A DNA stretch of 64,000 nucleotides, from assembly GCA_964016885.1 (NCBI GenBank), contig OZ024745.1, forward strand, positions 45,074,001 through 45,138,000. Reading direction: 5' to 3'. The stretch comes from Eledone cirrhosa. Lineage: Eukaryota. A program made the translations under genes and the position numbers. A model generated the notes under the pieces. It was not told the origin of the DNA and did no database searches. It was given only the letters and a program-made list of their open reading frames with translations. Shown here one piece after another: positions 54,401-64,000 of the stretch (the first letter of the stretch is position 1; each line of letters starts with the position of its first letter).

Positions 54401-57400
54401 GAGATATAGAGAGGGAGAGAGTTTGGTAGATATAAATAGAGTGAGAGGATTGAGAGAGACAGGTATTGAGAGATATAGAGAGGGAGAGAGTTTGGTAGAG
54501 ATGAATAGAGTGAGAGGACTGATAGAGATAGGTATTGTGAGATATAGAGAGGGGGAGAGTTTGGTAGAGATGAATAGAGTGAGAGGACTGATAGAGATAG
54601 GTATTGAGAGATATAGAGAGGGGGAGAGTTTGGTAGAGATGAATAGAGTGAGAGGATTGAGAGAGATAGGTATTGAGAGATATAGAGAGGGGGAGAGTTT
54701 GGTAGAGATGAATAGAGTGAGAGGACTGATAGAGATAGGTATTGAGAGATATAGAGAGGGGGAGAGTTTGGTAGAGATGAATAGAGTGAGAGGACTGATA
54801 GAGATAGGTATTGTGAGATATAGAGAGGGGGAGAGTTTGGTAGAGATGAATAGAGTGAGAGGACTGATAGAGATAGGTATTGAGAGATATAGAGAGGGGG
54901 AGAGTTTGGTAGAGATGAATAGAGTGAGAGGATGGATAGAGATCGGTATTGAGAGATATAGAGAGGGGGAGAGTTTGGTAGAGATGAATAGAGTGAGAGG
55001 ATCGATAGGGATAGGTATTGAGAGATATAGAGAGGGGGAGAGTTTTGTTAAGATGAATAGAGTGAGAGGATTGAGAGATATAGAGAGGGGGAGAGTTTGG
55101 TAGAGATGAATAGAGTGAGAGGATTGAGAGAGATAGGTATTGAGAGATATAGAGAGGGGGAGAGTTTGGTAGAGATGAATAGAGTGAGAAGACTGATAGA
55201 GATAGGTATTGAGAGATATAGAGAGGGGGAGAGTTTGGTAGAGATGAATAGAGTGAGAGGATCGATAGGGATAGGTATTGAGAGATATAGAGAGGGGGAG
55301 AGTTTGGTAGAGATGAATAGAGTGAGAGGATTGAGAGAGATAGGTATTGAGAGATATAGAGAGGGGAGAGTTTGGTAGAGATGAATAGAGTGAGAGGACT
55401 GATAGAGATAGGTATTGAGAGATATAGAGAGGGAGAGAGTTTGGTACAGATGAATAGAGTGAGAGGATCGATAGAGATAGGTATTGAGAGATATAGAGAG
55501 GGGGAGAGTTTGGTAGAGATAAATAGAGTGAGAGGATCGACAGGGATAGGTATTGAGAGATATAGAGAGGGGGAGAGTTTGGTAGAGATGAATAGAGTGA
55601 GAGGATTGAGAGAGATAGGTATTGAGAGATATAGAGAGGGGGAGAGTTTGGTAGAGATGAATAGAGTGAGAAGACTGATACAGATAGGTATTGAGAGATA
55701 TAGAGAGGGGGAGAGTTTGGTAGAGATGCATAGAGTGAGAGGATCAATAGGGATAGGTATTGAGAGATATAGAGAGGGGGAGAGTTTGGTAGAGATGAAT
55801 AGAGTGAGAGGATTGAGAGAGATAGGTATTGAGAGATATAGAGAGGGGGAGAGTTTGGTAGAGATGAATAGAGTGAGAGGATTGAGAGAGATAGGTATTG
55901 AGAGATATAGAGAGGGGAGAGTTTGGTAGAGATGAATAGAGTGAGAGGACTGATAGAGATAGGTATTGAGAGATATAGAGAGGGGGAGAGTTTGGTAGAG
56001 ATAAATAGAGTGAGAGGATCGATAGGGATAGGTATTGAGAGATATAGAGAGGGGGAGAGTTTGGTAGAGATGAATAGAGTGAGAGGACTGATAGAGATAG
56101 GTATTGAGAGATATAGAGAGGTGTAGAGTTTGGTAGAGATGAATAGAGTGAGAGGATCGATACGGATAGGTATTGAGAGATGTATAGAGGGGGAGAGTTT
56201 GGTAGAGATGAATAGAGTGAGAGGATCGATAGGGATAGGTATTGAGAGATATAGAGAGGGGGAGAGTTTGGTAGAGATGAATAGAGTGAGAGGATTAAGA
56301 GAGATAGGTATTGAGAGATATAGAGAGGGGGAGAGTTTGGTAGAGATGAATAGAGTGAGAGGATTGAGAGAGATAGGTATTGAGAGATATAGAGAGGGGG
56401 AGAGTTTGGTAGAGATGAATAGAGTGAGAGGACTGATAGAGATAGGTATTGAGAGATATAGAGAGGGAGAGAGTTTGGTAGAGATGAATAGAGTGAGAGG
56501 ATCGATAGGGATAGGTATTGAGAGATATAGAGAGGGGGAGAGTTTGGTAGAGATGAATAGAGTGAGAGGATTGAGAGAGATAGGTATTGAGAGATATAGA
56601 GAGGGGGAGAGTTTGGTAGAGATGAATAGAGTGAGAGGACTGATAGAGATAGGTATTGAGAGATATAGAGAGGGGGAGAGTTTGGTAGAGATGAATAGAG
56701 TGAGAGGATCGATAGGGATAGGTATTGAGAGATATAGAGAGGGGGAGAGTTTGGTAGAGATGAATAGAGTGAGAGGATTGAGAGAGATAGGTATTGAGAG
56801 ATATAGAGAGGTGGAGAGTTTGGTAGAGATGAATAGAGTGAGAGGATTGAGAGAGATAGGTATTGAGAGATATAGAGAGGGGGAGAGTTTGGTAGAGATG
56901 AATAGAGTGAGAGGATTGAGAGAGATAGGTATTGAGAGATATAGAGAGGGGGAGAGTTTGGTAGAGATGAATAGAGTGAGAAGACTGATAGAGATAGGTA
57001 TTGAGAGATATAGAGAGGGGGAGAGTTTGGTAGAGATGAATAGAGTGAGAGGATTGAGAGAGATAGGTATTGAGAGATATAGAGAGGGGGAGAGTTTGGT
57101 AGAGATGAATAGAGTGAGAGGACTGATAGAGATAGGTATTGAGAGATATAGAGAGGGGGAGAGTTTGGTAGAGATGAATAGAGTGAGAGGATCGATAGGG
57201 ATAGGTATTGAGAGATATAGAGAGGGGGCGAGTTTGGTAGAGATGAATAGAGTGAGAGGATTGAGAGAGATAGGTATTGAGAGATATAGAGAGGGGGAGA
57301 GTTTGGTAGAGATGAATAGAGTGAGAGGATTGAGAGAGATAGGTATTGAGAGATATAGAGAGGGGGAGAGTTTGGTAGAGATGAATAGAGTGAGAGGATT

Positions 57401-60400
57401 GAGAGAGATAGGTATTGAGAGATATAGTGAGGGGGAGAGTTTGGTAGAGATGAATAGAGTGAGAAGACTGATAGAGATAGGTATTGAGAGATATAGAGAG
57501 GGGGAGAGTTTGGTAGAGATGAATAGAGTGAGAGGACTGATAGAGATCGGTATTGAGAGATATAGGGAGGGGGAGAGTTTGGTAGAGATGAATAGAGTGA
57601 GGGGATCGATAGAGATAGGTATTGAGAGATATAGAGAGGGGGAGAGTTTGGTAGAGATGAATAGAGTGAGAGGACTGATAGAGATAGGTATTGTGAGATA
57701 TAGAGAGGGGGAGAGTTTGGTGGAGATGATTAGAGTGAGTGGATTGAGAGAGATAGGTATTGAGAGATATAGAGAGGGAGAGAGTTTGGTAGATATAAAT
57801 AGAGTGAGAGGATTGAGAGAGACAGGTATTGAGAGATATAGAGAGGGAGAGAGTTTGGTAGAGATGAATAGAGTGAGAGGACTGATAGAGATAGGTATTG
57901 AGATATATAGAGAGGGGGAGAGTTTGGTAGAGATGAATAGAGTGAGAGGATCGATAGGGATAGGTATTGAGAGATATAGAGAGGGGCAGAGTTTGGTAGA
58001 GATGAATAGAGTGAGAAGACTGATAGAGATAGGTATTGAGAGATATAGAGAGGGGGAGAGTTTGGTAGAGATGAATAGAGTGAGAGGACTGATAGAGATA
58101 GGTATTGAGAGATATAGAGAGGGGGAGAGTTTGGTAGAGATGAATAGAGTGAGAAGACTGATAGAGATAGGTATTGAGAGATATAGAGAGGGGGAGAGTT
58201 TGGTAGAGATGAATAGAGTGAGAGGATCGATAGGGATAGGTATTGAGAGATATAGAGAGGGGGAGAGTTTGGTAGAGATAAATAGAGTGAGAGGATCGAT
58301 AGGGATAGGTATTGAGAGATATAGAGAGGGGGAGAGTTTGGTAGAGATGAATAGAGTGAGAGGATTGAGAGATATAGAGAGGGGGAGAGTTTGGTAGAGA
58401 TGAATAGAGTGAGGGGATTGAGAGAGATAGGTATTGAGAGATATAGAGAGGGGGAGAGTTTTGTAGAGATGAATAGAGTGAGAGGATCGATAGGGATAGG
58501 TATTGAGAGATATAGAGAGGGGGAGAGTTTGGTAGAGATGAATAGAGTGAGAGGATTGAGAGATATAGAGAGGGGGAGAGTTTGGTAGAGATGAATAGAG
58601 TGAGAGGATTGAGAGAGATAGGTATTGAGAGATATAGAGAGGGGGAGAGTTTGGTAGAGATGAATAGAGTGAGAAGACTGATAGAGATAGGTATTGAGAG
58701 ATATAGAGAGGGGGAGAGTTTGGTAGAGGTGAATAGAGTGAGAAGACTGATAGAGATAGGTATTGAGAGATATAGAGAGGGGGAGAGTTTGGTAGAGGTG
58801 AATAGAGTGAGAAGACTGATAGAGATAGGTATTGAGAGATATAGAGAGGGGGAGAGTTTTGTAGAGATGAATAGAGTGAGAGGATCGATAGGGATAGGTA
58901 TTGAGAGATATAGAGAGGGGAGAGTTTGGTAGAGATGAATAGAGTGAGAGGATTGAGAGATATAGAGAGGGGGAGAGTTTGGTAGAGATGAATAGAGTGA
59001 GAGGATTGAGAGAGATAGGTATTGAGAGATATAGAGAGGGGGAGAGTTTGGTAGAGATGAATAGAGTGAGAAGACTGATAGAGATAGGTATTGAGAGATA
59101 TAGAGAGGGGGAGAGTTTGGTAGAGGTGAATAGAGTGAGAAGACTGATAGAGATAGGTATTGAGAGATATAGAGAGGGGGAGAGTTTGGTAGAGGTGAAT
59201 AGAGTGAGAAGACTGATAGAGATAGGTATTGAGAGATATAGAGAGGGGGAGAGTTTGGTAGAGATGAATAGAGTGAGAGGATCGATAGGGATAGGTATTG
59301 AGAGATATAGAGAGGGGGAGAGTTTGGTAGAGATGAATAGAGTGAGAGGATTGAGAGAGATAGGTATTGAGAGATATAGAGAGGGGGAGAGTTTGGTAGA
59401 GATGAATAGAGTGAGAAGACTGATAGAGATAGGTATTGAGAGATATAGAGAGGGGGAGAGTTTGGTAGAGGTGAATAGAGTGAGAAGACTGATAGAGATA
59501 GGTATTGAGAGATATAGAGAGGGGGAGAGTTTGGTAGAGGTGAATAGAGTGAGAAGACTGATAGAGATAGGTATTGAGAGATATAGAGAGGGGGAGAGTT
59601 TGGTAGAGATGAATAGAGTGAGAGGATTGAGAGAGATAGGTATTGAGAGATATAGAGAGGGGGAGAGTTTGGTAGAGATGAATAGAGTGAGAAGACTGAT
59701 ACAGATAGGTATTGAGAGATATAGAGAGGGGGAGAGTTTGGTAGAGATGCATAGAGTGAGAGGATCAATAGGGATAGGTATTGAGAGATATAGAGAGGGG
59801 GAGAGTTTGGTAGAGATGAATAGAGTGAGAGGATTGAGAGAGATAGGTATTGAGAGATATAGAGAGGGGGAGAGCTTGGTAGAGATGAATAGAGTGAGAG
59901 GATTGAGAGAGATAGGTATTGAGAGATATAGAGAGGGGAGAGTTTGGTAGAGATGAATAGAGTGAGAGGACTGATAGAGATAGGTATTGAGAGATATAGA
60001 GAGGGAGAGAGTTTGGTAGAGATGAATAGAGTGAGAGGATTGAGAGAGATAGGTATTGAGAGATATCGAGAGGGGGAGAGTTTGGTAGAGATAAATAGAG
60101 TCAGAGGATCGATAGGGATAGGTATTGAGAGATATAGAGAGGGGGAGAGTTTGGTAGAGATGAATAGAGTGAGAGGATTGAGAGAGATAGGTATTGAGAG
60201 ATATAGAGAGGGGGAGAGTTTGGTAGAGATGAATAGAGTGAGAGGATCGATAGGGATAGGTATTGAGAGATATAGAGAGGGGGAGAGTTTGGTAGAGATG
60301 AATAGAGTGAGAGGATTGAGAGAGATAGGTATTGAGAGATATAGAGAGGGGGAGAGTTTGGTAGAGATGAATAGAGTGAGAGGATTGAGAGAGATAGGTA

Positions 60401-63400
60401 TTGAGAGATATAGAGAGGGGGAGAGTTTGGTAGAGATGAATAGAGTGAGAGGACTGATAGAGATAGGTATTGAGAGATATAGAGAGGGGGAGAGTTTGGT
60501 GGAGATGAATAGAGTGAGAGGATTGAGAGAGATAGGTATTGAGAGATATAGAGAGGTGGAGAGTTTGGTAGAGATGAATAGAGTGAGAGGATTGAGAGAG
60601 ATAGGTATTGAAAGATATAGAGAGGGGGAGAGTTTGGTAGAGATGAATAGAGTGAGAGGACTGATAGATATAGGTATTGAGAGATATAGAGAGGTGTAGA
60701 GTTTGGTAGAGATGAATAGAGTGAGAGGATCGATAGGGATAGGTATTGAGAGATGTATAGAGGGGGAGAGTTTGGTAGAGATGAATAGAGTGAGAGGATC
60801 GATAGGGATAGGTATTGAGAGATATAGAGAGGGGGAGAGTTTGGTAGAGATGAAGAGAGTGAGAGGACTGATAGAGATAGGTATTGAGAGATATAGAGAG
60901 GGAGAGAGTTTGGTAGAGATGAATAGAGTGAGAGGACTGATAGAGATAGGTATTGAGAGATATAGAGAGGGAGAGAGTTTGGTAGAGATGAATAGAGTGA
61001 GAGGATCGATAGGGATAGGTATTGAGAGATATAGAGAGGGGGAGAGTTTGGTAGAGATGAATAGAGTGAGAGGATTGAGAGAGATAGGTATTGAGAGATA
61101 TAGAGAGGGGGAGAGTTTGGTAGAGATGAATAGAGTGAGAGGACTGATAGAGATAGGTATTGAGAGATATAGAGAGGGGGAGAGTTTGATAGAGATGAAT
61201 AGAGTGAGAGGATCGATAGGGATAGGTATTGAGAGATATAGAGAGGGGGAGAGTTTGATAGAGATGAATAGCGTGAGAGGATTGAGAGAGATAGGTATTG
61301 AGAGATATAGAGAGGGGGAGAGTTTGGTAGAGATGAATAGAGTGAGAGGATTCAGAGAGATAGGTATTGAGAGATATAGAGAGGGGGAGAGTTTGGTAGA
61401 GATGAATAGAGTGAGAGGATTGAGAGAGATAGGTATTGAGAGATATAGAGAGGGGGAGAGTTTGGTAGAGATGAATAGAGTGAGAAGACTGATAGAGATA
61501 GGTATTGAGAGATATAGAGAGGGGGAGAGTTTGGTAGAGATGAATAGAGTGAGAAGACTGATAGAGATAGGTATTGAGAGATATAGAGAGGGGGAGAGTT
61601 TGGTAGAGATGAATAGAGTGAGAGGACTGATAGAGATCGGTAATGAGAGATATAGAGAGGGGGAGAGTTTGGTAGAGATGAATAGAGTGAGGGGATCGAT
61701 AGAGATAGGTATTGAGAGATATAGAGAGGGGGAGAGTTTGGTAGAGATGAATAGAGTGAGAAGACTGATAGAGATAGGTATTGAGAGATATAGAGAGGGG
61801 GAGAGTTTGGTAGAGATGAATAGAGTGAGAGGACTGATAGAGATCGGTAATGAGAGATATAGAGAGGGGGAGAGTTTGGTAGAGATGAATAGAGTGAGGG
61901 GATCGATAGAGATAGGTATTGAGAGATATAGAGAGGGGGAGAGTTTGGTAGAGATGAATAGAGTGAGAGGACTGATAGAGATAGGTATTGTGAGATATAG
62001 AGAGGGGGAGAGTTTGGTGGAGATGATTAGAGTGAGAGGATTGAGAGAGATAGGTATTGAGAGATATAGAGAGGGAGAGAGTTTGGTAGAGATAAATAGA
62101 GTGAGAGGATTGAGAGAGACAGGTATTGAGAGATATAGAGAGGGAGAGAGTTTGGTAGAGATGAATAGAGTGAGAGGACTGATAGAGATAGGTATTGAGA
62201 TATATAGAGAGGGGGAGAGTTTGGTAGAGATGAATAGAGTGAGAGGATCGATAGGGATAGGTATTGAGAGATATAGAGAGGGGGAGAGTTTGGTAGAGAT
62301 GAATAGAGTGAGAGGATCGAGAGAGATAGGTATTGAGAGATATAGAGAGGGGTGAGTTTGGTAGAGATGAATAGAGTGAGAAGACTGATAGAGATAGGTA
62401 TTGAGAGATATAGAGAGGGGGAGAGTTTGGTAGAGATGAATAGAGTGAGAGGATTGAGAGAGATAGGTATTGAGAGATATAGAGAGGGGGAGAGTTTGGT
62501 AGAGATGAATAGAGTGAGAGGACTGATAGAGATACGTATTGAGAGATATAGAGAGATAGGTATTGAGAGATATAGAGAGGGGGAGAGTTTGGTGGAGATG
62601 AATAGAGTGAGAGGATTGAGAGAGATAGGTATTGATAGATATAGAGAGGTGGAGAGTTTGGTAGAGATGAATAGAGTGAGAGGATTGAGAGAGATAGGTA
62701 TTGAAAGATATAGAGAGGGGGAGAGTTTGGTAGAGATGAATAGAGTGAGAGGACTGATAGAGATAGGTATTGAGAGATGTATAGAGGGGGAGAGTTTGGT
62801 AGAGATGAATAGAGTGAGAGGATCGATAGGGATAGGTATTGAGAGATGTATAGAGGGGGAGAGTTTGGTAGAGATGAATAGAGTGAGAGGATCGATAGGG
62901 ATAGGTATTGAGAGATATAGAGAGGGGGAGAGTTTGGTAGAGATGAAGAGAGTGAGAGGATTAAGAGAGATAGGTATTGAGAGATATAGAGAGGGGGAGA
63001 GTTTGGTAGAGATGAATAGAGTGAGAGGATCGATAGGGATAGGTATTGAGAGATATAGAGAGGGGGAGAGTTTGGTAGAGATGAATAGAGTGAGAGGACT
63101 GATAGAGATAGGTATTGAGAGATATAGAGAGGGAGAGAGTTTGGTAGAGATGAATAGAGTGAGAGGATCGATAGGGATAGGTATTGAGAGATATAGAGAG
63201 GGGGAGAGTTTGGTAGAGATGAATAGAGTGAGAGGATTGAGAGAGATAGGTATTGAGAGATATAGAGAGGGGGAGAGTTTGGTAGAGATGAATAGAGTGA
63301 GAGGACTGATAGAGATAGGTATTGAGAGATATAGAGAGGGGGAGAGTTTGGTAGAGATGAATAGAGTGAGAGGATCGATAGGGATAGGTATTGAGAGATA

Positions 63401-64000
63401 TAGAGAGGGGGCGAGTTTGGTAGAGATGAATAGAGTGAGAGGATTGAGAGAGATAGGTATTGAGAGATATAGAGAGGGGGAGAGTTTGGTAGAGATGAAT
63501 AGAGTGAGAGGACTGATAGAGATAGGTATTGAGAGATATAGAGAGGGGGAGAGTTTGATAGAGATGAATAGAGTGAGAGGATCGATAGGGATAGGTATTG
63601 AGAGATATAGAGAGGGGGAGAGTTTGATAGAGATGAATAGCGTGAGAGGATTGAGAGAGATAGGTATTGAGAGATATAGAGAGGGGGAGAGTTTGGTAGA
63701 GATGAATAGAGTGAGAGGATTGAGAGAGATAGGTATTGAGAGATATAGAGAGGGGGAGAGTTTGGTAGAGATGAATAGAGTGAGAGGATTGAGAGAGATA
63801 GGTATTGAGAGATATAGAGAGGGGGAGAGTTTGGTAGAGATGAATAGAGTGAGAAGACTGATAGAGATAGGTATTGAGAGATATAGAGAGGGGGAGAGTT
63901 TGGTAGAGATGAATAGAGTGAGAGGACTGATAGAGATCGGTAATGAGAGATATAGAGAGGGGGAGAGTTTGGTAGAGATGAATAGAGTGAGAGGACTGAT
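9427..64000. repeat. 69-bp GA-rich tandem satellite/minisatellite array, about 790 monomers, continuing past the window end
   Basis: Commonest monomer TTGGTAGAGATGAATAGAGTGAGAGGATTGAGAGAGATAGGTATTGAGAGATATAGAGAGGGGGAGAGT (54 purines, 15 T, 0 C). Uninterrupted head-to-tail copies; variation concentrated in one ~15-bp segment; occasional 53-, 68-, 70- and 93-bp monomers. Confidence 0.99.

Noticed and set aside
9426-62355. Dozens of long repeat ORFs (VEMNRVRGLREIGIERYREGESL on plus; S/L/P/I/Y-rich on minus) as protein genes
   Set aside because: They follow from a 69-bp (3x23) monomer with skewed composition. Frameshifts and stops are frequent and are themselves duplicated, and there is no unique N- or C-terminal domain.
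9427-64000. CRISPR-like array (constant part plus variable part)
   Set aside because: The variable segment takes only a few related states differing by 1-4 substitutions, not unique spacers; there are no cas genes and the context is eukaryotic.

Overview
Eukaryotic, AT-rich, gene-free repetitive DNA. Its SINEs and microsatellites resemble octopus/cephalopod repeats (recognition from memory, not a search). Bases 1-9.4 kb are a nested transposon graveyard: a frameshifted hAT-related transposase pseudogene, a hAT (Charlie/Buster-type) MITE with a perfect 8-bp TSD, a decayed Tigger/pogo transposase split by younger insertions, about 10 tRNA-derived SINE copies, two related palindromic elements and microsatellites. 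The most unusual feature there is a ~660-bp insertion (8602-9262) bounded by a 15-bp TSD, made of an inverted copy of local DNA (4200-4809) plus a SINE 3' tail. Bases 9427-64000 (running off the window) are one tandem array of a 69-bp purine-rich satellite (~790 monomers) with a few recurrent monomer variants, nested higher-order repeats (0.4, 1.2, 1.8, 2.6, 3.6 and 9-11.6 kb) and a domain boundary near 52 kb. The long repetitive ORFs in the ORF track are consequences of the satellite's length and composition, not supported genes.
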